A DNA stretch of 64,000 nucleotides from the human T2T-CHM13v2.0 reference genome, Homo sapiens. The DNA is taken from the NCBI RefSeq assembly GCF_009914755.1, contig NC_060926.1; one strand, 5' to 3'. The first letter of the stretch is position 1. Each line of letters starts with the position of its first letter. This document shows positions 38,222 to 64,000 of this stretch, in pieces. The translations under genes and the position numbers were made by a program. The notes under the pieces are model-generated. The model saw nothing but the letters and a program-made list of their open reading frames with translations, searched no databases and was not told the origin of the DNA.

Positions 38222-39546
38222 GTAGATAGGGGTTGGGTCCGTACGGCGGCGGCCGCCGTGGCTCAGTGGAGTGTGCGGGTCTCGCCGGGCGCGGCGTCGG
38301 ACCGGGGTCTGGGCTCGCGATGAGCTTCGCGGGGTACCAGGCCTGGGCCCAGAGTGTGCGGAGCGGGCCCAAGCCCCCGGGCCGGGTGGGCACGTAGGGC
38401 CTCGACGGCGGGCGGGTCCTCCCAGTCGAGCCTCGCTCCCCCGGCTACCCCTTCCCCGGCCTGAGGAGCGGGGTAGTCATTTGAGGGTTCCTGGTCGCGC
38501 GGGGAGGGTCAGGCGGCTTCGCCAGCGTGGCCCAGGCCAGTGTGAGTTTTTTTCCGCGCTACTCTTGGCGAGGGTGGGGAAGTTCTTTTTATGCCTCTTA
38601 TACCTGTGAGTACTTTGGGAGGGAAGGGAGCTTGAATGTGATGTACGGCCGGGTTTCTCTACTCGCGGTTTCAGGTACGTTAGAGTTATGGGGAGGTGTT
38701 TAGCAGTTCGCTGTCTCTCAACTTAATCTGATTTGGATACAGTTTTCGTTTATTTAAGGGCTGATTGTCCAGCCCTCATGCTTTTCGCTTTCCTTCTTCC
38801 GGCCTGTTTTTTTTGTCGTTTCTTTGCTCTCTAGCCTTCCCCTAAGAAAGGAAGGGAAGAAGAAGAAACCAACCAACCGAGGTCGCTCCTTTCTAACCAC
38901 CTGAAATGCTTTGGGGAGGGAGGATAAGGGTATATGCGAGTTACTTACCTAGAGATTTTTGAGACATTTCTGTGTGTCACATTCGATTGAGTTCTGTTAC
39001 TCATGATGGAAAGAGTTGACTTCCTGGGAGTGAACAACATCTGTTACATTACACGTTCGTACACTACCCACCAAACTTAAATACGAGGCGGAGAGTAAGG
39101 TAAATTAAAAAAACTAGTGCTAGTTCATCAGTCTGACTCAAAACAGATATGTTGTCTTGAAGTTAAAATAAGTTTACTAATTATAAATTGGAAGCCTGGA
39201 TCGTTTTCTCACCTAGCGTTTGACTAGCTTATGAGTAGAATTAAAAGACAACAAAGATAGTCTTGTATTTCAGTTTTAGGTCTATTGGAGGAAGTTAATT
39301 GGTTTGGAGAATTGAATTATTGTTAAACCAGATGAATGAGAAAATAAGGATTATGGGTGATGTAGGGGAACACAAATTTCTGTACTTTTGACAGGAATTT
39401 TTGATGTATAGGGTACTTTTTTCCTTGCTAATGTTCAGCTGTCTCTAGAAAATAGAGAACTGAGTATAATGAGCCTTTATGTATTAATTACCTGCCTTCA
39501 ACCATTGTTAGCACATGACCTGCTTGGTTTCATCCCACCTACTAGA

Positions 39547-39968
39547 AGTGTGTGTGTATATATATATATATATACAAATATATATACACACATATATATA
39601 AATATATATATACAAATATATACACAAATATATATATATACAAATATATATATATATATACATTTTTTTTTTTTTTTTGAGACGGAGTTTCCCTCTTGTT
39701 GCCCAGACAACAAGAAACTTAGGGCAATGGCGCGATCTCGGCTCACTGCAACCTCCACCTCCCTGGTTCAAGCGATTCTCCTGCCTCAGCCTCCGAGTAG
39801 CTAGGATTACAGGCATGCACCACCACATCCGGCTAGTTGTGTATTTTTAGTAGAGACGGGGTTACTCCATGTTGGTCAGGCTGGTCTCGAACTCCCGACC
39901 TCAGGTGATCCGCCCGCCTCGGCCTCCCAAAGTGCTGGGATTACAGGCGTGATCCATCGCCCCTGGCC
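39547..39968 (-). mobile_element. AluSp/Sq with an expanded (TA)/(CA) microsatellite tail
   Basis: TSD cccacctactaga at 39534-39546 and 39969-39981 brackets Alu plus microsatellite. Confidence 0.9.
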
Positions 39969-41402
39969 CCCACCTACTAGATATTTTAAAGCAAATCTCA
40001 TTAGCTTTTCATCTGTAAATCCACCAAGTATATCTGTAAGAAATATTAATAGTGATTCTTAAACATTAGCAAATATTCAGTCAGTTTGCTGATTTCCCTG
40101 ATTGTCTTATTACAGTTTTTTTTTCAATTCGTTCGTTTGGTTTAGGATTACACAAATGTGTTCTTTAGATTAAAATTACATATATATGTGTTTTTGTTTT
40201 GTTTTGTTTTTTGGAGATGGAGGGGCAGTCTCACTATGTTGCCCAGTCAGGTCTTGAACTCCTGGCCAGTGATCCTCCCACCTCAGCCTCCCTAGTAGCT
40301 AGGACTACAGGCGCGATCCGGCTTATATGTTTCCCTACTTACACTTTTTACTTTCCAGGCTCTTTCACAATAGAAAAAAGCCATTGGGAGACAAGATGTT
40401 TATTCTTGTCTGTGTCTTTTTAGGGAAAAGTGAGTGTCTCATTGATTTATAAAGATTTTCAGGGATGCTGTAAAGTTTAAATTGCACACTAGACCCTGTT
40501 GTTAAATGATTGGTTTGGTTGTGTAGAAGAAATGCTGTTTTTTCCCCCTCTCAACCTAATCTGTGTTTTGTTGTTGTTGTTGTTGTTGTTTTGGTTTGTT
40601 TGTTTTTGGCTCATGTTGAAGGGAAAGTGGTGGCAATATAATTTTAAAACATTTATTTTCTCATATACCAATATATGAAATTGATACATTTTGTGAGTGT
40701 GTGTGTGTATAAATGCCTCATGGACTCCTTTTTATGAATGGCTTTCAGATTGTGTTTAAGAAATCCTGAGCTTTAGCAGAGTTCCCTTTGACTGGAACTG
40801 CTTGGGTTTTTATTTTGGTCTTCCACATGAGATATTGGGAGATGGGGAATGGGAAGTTCCACTGCTTTGTGAGTCAGCTTTTTACCTTTATTTTAATATT
40901 TCTTTCCTTTCTTCAGGGATATTTTGAATATTTGTAAATGGGACAAAAACACAGACTGGAAAGAAAATCTAGAGGGAGAAAGTCCAATTTTAGGATTAGT
41001 ATTCTTGTTTGTGTAAAATGAGATAGAGATCCGGTTTTATTCTCCTGGGTGAAGGTCCACACTTTAAAGATTTTACTGTCATTCCACCTCCCCTCCTTGG
41101 CTATGTCAGGCATGTTTCTGGCAAGGTGTGAACTGTGTGAGAAATGACAACTGCTTATTTAGTTATCAAGAGAAGGCATGGAGCCACTTTTCAGTTCTTG
41201 GACAGAACATACAATACTCACTGTCCTTAATTCTTATATTTAATTAATCCTTATTTTAACTTCTTAGCCACTCAGTATTCATTTAAAATTAGATTTTAAC
41301 TTACCTAATTTTATTTGTACAGCATGTGTCAGTGATCAAGATATTTATTCTTGTCTGTGTATTTTTAGAATTCTAGAATTTTGCTTAAAGACCAAGTTCT
41401 AG

Positions 41403-47960
<6,558 letters not shown>

Positions 47961-48062
47961 CCCCCAAATAGTCTTATATCAAATAGTAACAAATATAAAA
48001 TTTTGTAAAGTTCCAATCTGCAGTATTGATTTGAAAGATGATGCCACGTTGTTGAATCTAAA

Positions 48063-48256
48063 TCAGGGCTTCTCAAACTTTGTTCACCTGGGGATCTTGT
48101 TAGAATGGAGATTTTGATTCAGTAGATCTGGGGTGAGGGTCTGAGATTCTGCATTTTTCAGTTTTTTTTTTTTTTAACAGGCCTGAGATTTTGCATTTTC
48201 AATAAGGTGATGATACTGATGCTGCTTGTCCTATAACTATACTTTGAGTAGTAGGA
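48063..48256 (+). mobile_element. MER5A-type MITE with an internal duplication
   Basis: cagggcttctcaaactt...cacctggggatcttgttagaatg; ctgagatt.tgcatttt occurs twice, separated by a T-tract. Confidence 0.7.
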
Positions 48257-49534
48257 TCTAAATGACCATTTTCATTGTGAATGTATTGCCTCTTACAATG
48301 GATTTCTTTTGAGTTCAGCATGCCTGAACTAGCAAGAGCTCAATTCTTCTGATACTTTTTTTTTTATTTGAACTAGTGATTTTGAGCTTTACATGACAGA
48401 TTCTTCTCTTGACAAAAAGGTTTAATTTACCTAGTAAGTGTGCATCTGATCTTTTTCATCAACCGGAAACAATTTTGGGGGGTAGGGGTTGTAAACAAAA
48501 CCTTGGGTTGCTGTTCTATGACAGTATACTGTGATAAAGTGGCTGTCTGTATTCATCTTAAATCTTTATTATCAAATTAAAATTTAAAACAGGTAAAACA
48601 GAAGTTGCTAGAGAATTTTGAAGCTTCTGAAATCCCTGCAACTCTGTGTTCCTCCCCACTTAATCCAGTTTGTAAAAGCTGTACTGATCTGATAGTTAGA
48701 CATACTGGAATCTATAATACATATGAACTTAGGGTATGTGTATCGGGGGCGTCTACAAGATTTGTATTCTTATCAAATTAATGTATCAGATATTTAGAAA
48801 ATAAAGGGTTAGGCTGAATTTTGTAGAAGGTGATAAGATACACATACCCTTTGCATTGCATTGTATAATATAGTAGCAGTATGGTTTCATATCCCTTTTA
48901 AAGGAGTCACGACTTCATAAGGACATCGTAAGCTGGGAGGGTTTTCTTTTGAGACATAGCTAGTTCTCAGCTTATTGATTGTAGTACTTGAGCCATAACT
49001 TCATTAAGAGAGTTGAGAGTGAAAACTGTTAAGATTTGTGGTTATAAGTGGTGGGGGCCACTGAGGAGCAATGACTGCTGGGCTTTCCCTTCTTTTGTCT
49101 TGTTTTTCCTCTTTTTGTATGTAACTGTTGATGATCAAAGATGTTCTGGGTAAGAAGATGAAGACTGGGGAAATGAGATGTCAGAAGGTAACCTGTAGAG
49201 AAGGTGGGACTGAATTTCCCGGTTTCTCTTATTGCAGCTGTTACTGCTGAGATAGAGTTAAGAATAAAGAGAAGGATTCCCTCTTATGCTCTTCTTGTTT
49301 ACTATTATTAAGAGTTTTGGCGGAGAGGGGCAGAAGCCAAAGTAAGTGAAAAAGGGCAGCAACAGTGTTATATGTGACTTATCCTTCCTTTAATACTTTG
49401 AGGTTTTGGACAATTTGTCCATCAACTTGGGGATGGGGACGGAGGAAGGAGTGGTGTAGTTTGGATTTTACACTTCTACCAACATGCTGTCCATTACTAT
49501 AGGTCCTGGTATTGATTAGGAATAGGAAGAAATA

Positions 49535-49895
49535 TGGGGGTGCTTCGGTTATTATTGTACCATAACAAGTCATCCCAAACAGTGGCTTAAAACAAGAAAA
49601 CTTGTGATTATCTTTCATGGTTCTGGAGGTTGACTGGGCTTAATCAGCTGGAGTTGGCAGCTGGAGCATCTCTATTTGATCTCTCCTCCTGACCTGGACA
49701 TCCCCATTAGCTTGGCAGTGAGCATTCCAAGAGACAGGAAGCTGCCAGGTTAAGGCCTAGGCCTAGAAACTATAACAAAAGTTGCATCCTTCTATTTAGC
49801 AAGCAGTCATACAACTCCCACATTAAAGGAGATAGACCTCCACCTCTCAAAGAGTGTCAGAGATATTTTGTGCCAGGTTTTAAAACCTCTGCAGT
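49535..49895 (-). mobile_element. MLT1-type LTR remnant
   Basis: ataacaagtcatcccaaacagtggcttaaaacaa...catggttctggaggttgactgggct. Confidence 0.6.
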
Positions 49896-50329
49896 GGGTA
49901 AAGAGGCATTGGAGAAGAGAGGTTGGTAAAAAGGAGTCTTAGACATCTTGGAGATTTTGAAGTGTGGAATAATTTGGAAAGGAGTTGAATTTCCTGTGTT
50001 TCTTGTCTAACTTTACATTCATTACACAAGTTTTCAGTGGAAAATACCTGTCATTATCAAATGAAATTTGCTAAGTTTGGAATTGAGAGGAGATTTGTAC
50101 ATGAGGTTAATTTTCCTTTTACTTTGCAGTGAACAATTTTTTGTAATATGTGTCTTTAAAAGGCTTTCTACTACATTGGTCTCAAGATGAAGTATTTGTC
50201 TTACTTTTTATTTTTATGTATGATTTTTATTTAATTCCAAAAGCCAAACTCCAAAGTTGAGTACATGCCTGCACACACAATAAAGAAATACTGTTTTTAT
50301 ACAACTGGAAAAATACAAGTTGTATTTTG

Positions 50330-57910
<7,581 letters not shown>

Positions 57911-59740
57911 ATTTCATAGCTATGTTTGAATTTTTCAAGCAAGTAAAAAACTAGATCATTTCCCATTTTCTAGGAAGGCAGTAGAACCTGGTGTTAAAAT
58001 TTGGGCTTGAATTCCTGGTATGCTACTTTGTAGCTGGTGGCCTTTAAAAAATTACCATCTTTAAGAATAATTTTATGTAATTGTTATGAATATTAAGTGA
58101 CAGTGTATATATTATGTCTAGGCATTGGTCAGCACAATGCCTGAATATAAGCATATTAAAAAACTGTTCATCTTATATTGTTAGTCACAAAAAGCCTTTC
58201 AGACTTAATAATGTACAAATGTAGTCCTATACTTTGTTATCCTAGAGATGTTTATTGATGAATTCTCCAGAAATATAGCTAATCACAAGAAGATTCTTGA
58301 AGCTATTTTGATGAGGTGAATATAGTTTGGGTGAGGGCCGATAAATTTTTGGAAATGAGATGCCAAACTTCAGCCTTCTCTTCTCATGCAGTTGTCAGAA
58401 GCTGCTGTAGTGTGAAATGTTGCCAGAGATGCCTTTGGGGATACTCCTGGGAGATGCTAGGGCAGACTTAGGTTCTTGTTACCTGAAGAGACCTGAGAAT
58501 TGTCCTTGATTCTTCCTTACTCCTTTCTATATTCATCCTGTTGACCACTTAAGTGTTGTTGATTCTATTCCCTTAATATTTATCTAACTCATTTACATCT
58601 TGCCTGCCACTGGTGCAAGTCAGGTGCTCATTGTTTCTCATTACAGTTACTACAAAAGCTTCCTAACTGGTCTCCTTGCTTCCTGACTAGTCAGGATTCA
58701 GCCCTGCCACTCATTGTACCAGATGTAGCATTCTAAAATGCTTTTATATATATATATACAGGGTTTTACTCAGTGGCACAATTCTAGCTTACTGCAGCCT
58801 CAACCTCCTGGGCTCAGGTGATTCAGGTAATCTTCCCACCATAGCCTTCCAAGTAGCTGGGACAAGAGGCATGCGCCACCATGCCTGGCTAATTTTTTTA
58901 TATTTTTTAGAGACGGGGTTTCATAGTGTTGGCCAGGCAGGTCTCGAACTCCTGGGCTCAAGTGATCTGCCTGCCTCAGCCTCCCAAAGCGCTGGGATTA
59001 CAGGTGTGAGACACTGCATCCAGGCCTAAAATACAAATTGGATTATGTCAGCAGAAGTAAGACATCTGGCTATGGAATCAGACTTCCTGGATTCAAATCC
59101 CATATCTCCGACTCGTGTGATCCTGGGCAGATTCTCTGTGCCTCAGTTAGTAGTTACTTCATCTGTAAAGGAAGAAGAATGACAGTGTTCAGATCTGGTA
59201 CACAATCACCTGGAAATATTGTTGCTAAAAATATACTGCCTGGCTCCCCCCTCAGTTTCTGGTTCCCTCTATCTTGGGTGGGGTCAATAAATACATAATG
59301 CTCAAACATTTCTTGGGTGGTTCAGATGCCTTTTGTGAGCCCTCTTGAGGCATAACACACCTTGTTGCCTTTAGGCTTTTGTACTTACTGTGTCTGGTAT
59401 GTGTACCCCTTTTACTAAGAATAAGGTGCCTCTGACTTTCCCATTCTGGATTTGGTACTGTAGGAAGTCACCACCACTGCAGCAGATCAGTGTCAAATTA
59501 TCTAAAATGTAGGAAGAAAAGGAGCACATTTCAATTCTGGCCAACTATTTATAAAAGCATTAAGTTCTTTTACTTCAAGGCATTTAACATTTTGCAATTT
59601 GGGGTTTACTGGTTTGCTGTCTTCCCTATTAAGCGCCTTAAGGCTAAATTCTATATCCTCAATGTCTTGTCATATAATCTTTTAATTATATTTATAATAT
59701 GGTTGAAAGTTACTTCTCTTTAGAAATTTTCTTTACTGAG

Positions 59741-60066
<326 letters not shown>

Positions 60067-60895
60067 CTAAAGCATCTCTTACAAGGTGTCCATTATAAAG
60101 GCCACATTACATGAGTTGTTTTCTTACTGTGCCATTCATTTGGATTCATCTGCCTTTGCTACTTGGACATTTTAGACTGGACTGCCTTCATTTTCTGTAG
60201 GTTTTAGCTGGAACTTAATTTGGTTTACTCCAAGTAAGTTGGTAGGTGACGACATTGTTGGATGGATCCAGAAATGAAACCAGGAGCAAGCAGGTTTAGT
60301 TCTGGATTTTTGGTTAAGTATTTTATTTAGTGAATCATTCCTAATTCATTTAGATTTGAATGTGTGGTTATGTTTTTCTCAGGACATTCAATCCTTGTGC
60401 ATTTTAGTTTTCCCATTGGTAAAATGAGATAATAGGCTAGGTGACTGATCTCTAAACTTCCTTCCAACTCTGAAATTTCTGCTATTCCAAGTAAAAATGC
60501 ACAGGGATCCAAATATTTAGGTGTTGTTATTGATCGTCGAGAAATAAGACTTGTTTTATGTTTTAAGATCTCCCATTTTATAAATAACTTCATTCAGACG
60601 CACAAAAAACCTTTGGTATCTGTAAAAGTTAATTTCCTTTTCTTGATTACCCTGATTTTTTTCTGGAGCTTTTCATTATCTGTTCCTTATTTGAGTGTAA
60701 TCCAGAAACTTCACTGAAGCAGATGTAGGGAGGCTGATAAGTAGATGTAACTTGTGTTGTGATGAAAGAACTTGCCAAATGATTTTTCTCATTGTGCTGC
60801 TAATGCATGAAAAAGGTTAAAATGATAAAATCTATATAAATGAATGATTATTTTGCTTTTAAGTAGCATTTAGGATGTTTTTGTTTTCATTTAAG

Positions 60896-61021
60896 CACCA
60901 AGGATGACATTGATCTTGATGCCTTGGCTGCAGAAATAGAAGGAGCTGGTGCTGCCAAAGAACAGGAGCCTCAAAAGTCAAAAGGGAAAAAGAAAAAAGA
61001 GAAAAAAAAGCAGGACTTTGA
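60896..61021 (+). CDS. EIF5B: EIF5B exon 2 (STKDDIDLDALAAEIEGAGAAKEQEPQKSKGKKKKEKKKQDFD)
   Basis: TTAAG|C acceptor, GA|GTAAGT donor, 126 nt, in frame with exon 1. Confidence 0.96.
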
Positions 61022-61124
61022 GTAAGTATATTTTAAATATATTTGATTTTTATTTGTTTTGGTACTGGATTCACTTAATAAAAACTATACCAGTGCTTCA
61101 CAATGTATTTTAATCCTTTTCTAG

Positions 61125-61209
61125 TGAAGATGATATCCTGAAAGAACTGGAAGAATTGTCTTTGGAAGCTCAAGGCATCAAAGCTGACAGAGAAACTGTT
61201 GCAGTGAAG
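61125..61209 (+). CDS. EIF5B: EIF5B exon 3 (EDDILKELEELSLEAQGIKADRETVAVK)
   Basis: CTAG|T acceptor, AAG|GTGAAA donor, 85 nt, frame maintained. Confidence 0.95.
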
Positions 61210-61797
61210 GTGAAAGACAGACCTTTGTTACCTATTCGTATTTCGTATTCTATTCTTTCTTCTTAATGTTGGTTTGGGGAGCTACATTTGGAAACTTTTG
61301 AGCAGTGTACAATATGTTATTTAAAAGCTTCTATGAAATCTGATGTCAAAGGGAAAAATAGGTATTTTGTGGTATGTTGATTGTTCATAAAATTGGTACA
61401 TTTGGAGATGTGATGTAATCACTCGTTCCATCTTCAGTTTTCTCTGTTGTTTCTTTTTCATCCTTCGAATTTGGATAAGCCTCAGAGTAATGGGAAAATC
61501 ATAGATATTTTTTCTTCTTTCAACTTGTCCCTTAGGCTTTGTAAAGTTAGTAAATGGGTGGTGACTAGTGCCTGTTTCAAGAGCCCCTGGATTCTGCAAT
61601 TTACAATGATGCGAGATGTGTCTGAGGCCAAGGCCAACCTCTCTTGCTTGTTTGAATTTTATATTCCTGTGAAAAAGACTTTGAAAAAGATTTTGAAATC
61701 ATTTTGAGATTTTTAAAAAATGTTTACTTAATGAAGCACATGACTCTGGTCTCAATTATAATTCTGTTAATTTTTTCTAACAATGGAAATTTTTTAG

Positions 61798-62470
61798 CCA
61801 ACAGAAAACAATGAAGAGGAATTCACCTCAAAAGATAAAAAAAAGAAAGGACAGAAGGGCAAAAAACAGAGTTTTGATGATAATGATAGCGAAGAATTGG
61901 AAGATAAAGATTCAAAATCAAAAAAGACTGCAAAACCGAAAGTGGAAATGTACTCTGGGAGTGATGATGATGATGATTTTAACAAACTTCCTAAAAAAGC
62001 TAAAGGGAAAGCTCAAAAATCAAATAAGAAGTGGGATGGGTCAGAGGAGGATGAGGATAACAGTAAAAAAATTAAAGAGCGTTCAAGAATAAATTCTTCT
62101 GGTGAAAGTGGTGATGAATCAGATGAATTTTTGCAATCTAGAAAAGGACAGAAAAAAAATCAGAAAAACAAGCCAGGTCCTAACATAGAAAGTGGGAATG
62201 AAGATGATGACGCCTCCTTCAAAATTAAGACAGTGGCCCAAAAGAAGGCAGAAAAGAAGGAGCGCGAGAGAAAAAAGCGAGATGAAGAAAAAGCGAAACT
62301 GCGGAAGCTGAAAGAAAAAGAAGAGTTAGAAACAGGTAAAAAGGATCAGAGTAAACAAAAGGAATCTCAAAGGAAATTTGAAGAAGAAACTGTAAAATCC
62401 AAAGTGACTGTTGATACTGGAGTAATTCCTGCCTCTGAAGAGAAAGCAGAGACTCCCACAGCTGCAGAAG
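61798..62470 (+). CDS. EIF5B: EIF5B exon 4 (PTENNEEEFTSKDKKKKGQ...AETPTAAE), highly charged N-terminal region
   Basis: TTTTTAG|CCA acceptor, GAAG|GTTGGT donor, 673 nt; overlaps ORF-track 61897-62487; gene continues beyond the window. Confidence 0.96.
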
Positions 62471-63072
62471 GTTGGTTAATACTTTAGAGGAAAGAGCAAA
62501 AGGCTTTTGATTCACAGTATAAGTTGTAATCATTGTGCCCCAAGGTCGTTTTGTTATTTGTCCATGGGTATAAAGACACTTGATTGTAAGGAGCCATCTA
62601 AAAAATTACGTCTAAGTATTTGACTTGATTTGCATTGTTAATTCTTTACATATATAGTATAAATATCTTTCAGATTATTTATGTACAGACTGGAATTTTT
62701 ATAGAATTGCATTATGAAAACTATTTTTTTTGCTGTTGATAAAGGCTATAGAAGTTACTTAATGAAAAATTTATTCTTCCTTTCTGATAACTCAGTGTCA
62801 GATAATATTTGAATTCTTTCCTGTCTTTAAAAACCTAGTTCAATTTATGAAATTCACAAAGAAATGTTTTCATGAAGTTGCTAATATTTTCTGCTTCACT
62901 TAAAACTCAACATGCTAAAATTAGTGTCTTTTAAGCAATAATGAGCCATTTTTTTAACAACCAATTATAAAATAAAAGTTCTAGCTAATTTCTTCCTCTT
63001 ATTTAGAATGAAAATAGCTAAAGATCAGATGGTTTGCATGGCCATACTATATTCTTAAAACAGTAGTTTTTG

Positions 63073-63715
<643 letters not shown>

Positions 63716-64000
63716 TAAATGCTAGCATATTTATTATCTGGATATATTCGAGGAGGAACACCATGAAAGTACCTTCATAGCTTTTAATTCTTTAGAGTTC
63801 TTGGAGTATAACTACCTATATTTTTGTATTTTATCCTACTAATACCCCCTAAAGTGGACATCATTCTCATTAACTCCATCTTGTAGAAGTGAAATTAGCT
63901 ACAGAACTTACGTGGGTGTTAGTTCATTCTGATTGTTAGAACTTCATATAAGCATCTGTTGGACACCAGCCACTCAGGTACCATGGATTTAGAGATACAT

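Larger units (their letters stand above)
36530..38580. promoter_or_regulatory. CpG-island bidirectional promoter of TXNDC9 (-) and EIF5B (+)
   Basis: High CpG/GC in two lobes (~36530-37260, ~37760-38580); CCAAT (attgg 36992-36996); GC box ~37037-37045; ZNF143/SBS-like ACTGCAACTCCCACAATGC (37157-37175, -); NRF1-like TGCGCTTGCGCA (37999-38010). Confidence 0.9.

Noticed and set aside
36585-38609. Overlapping 80-140 aa ORFs in the CpG island
   Set aside because: Expected from stop-codon depletion in GC-rich DNA; Arg/Pro/Gly/Ala-rich with no domain
48940-49400. Unique-looking intronic block considered as a processed pseudogene or snoRNA
   Set aside because: No recognisable reading frame, poly(A)/TSD or convincing box C/D or H/ACA structure by eye; needs BLAST/Infernal
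61794-62533. Antisense and alternate-frame ORFs over EIF5B exon 4
   Set aside because: Shadow ORFs of a purine-rich coding exon

Overview
Primate, most likely human, genomic DNA with very dense Alu/L1 content. It holds the complete TXNDC9 gene on the minus strand (5 exons; the spliced CDS of 189+119+255+118 = 681 nt gives 226 aa) and, head-to-head across a CpG-rich bidirectional promoter (~36.5-38.6 kb), exons 1-4 of EIF5B on the plus strand. From recalled human gene order (LYG2-LYG1-TXNDC9-EIF5B, 2q11.2), the left end should be the LYG1 5' region. The most striking structure is a ~2.75 kb inverted duplication (1-2751 vs 7006-10043) around a 4.25 kb spacer. Each arm carries an identical, outward-facing TATA box, short first exon and splice donor. 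The promoter core is identical between arms while the edges are clearly diverged, suggesting gene conversion. Junction sequences indicate that the right arm is the derived copy, and the spacer holds a THE1 LTR whose orientation would flip on inversion. Most ORFs in the supplied track are Alu/L1 artefacts. Repeat family calls and boundaries are by eye and approximate.
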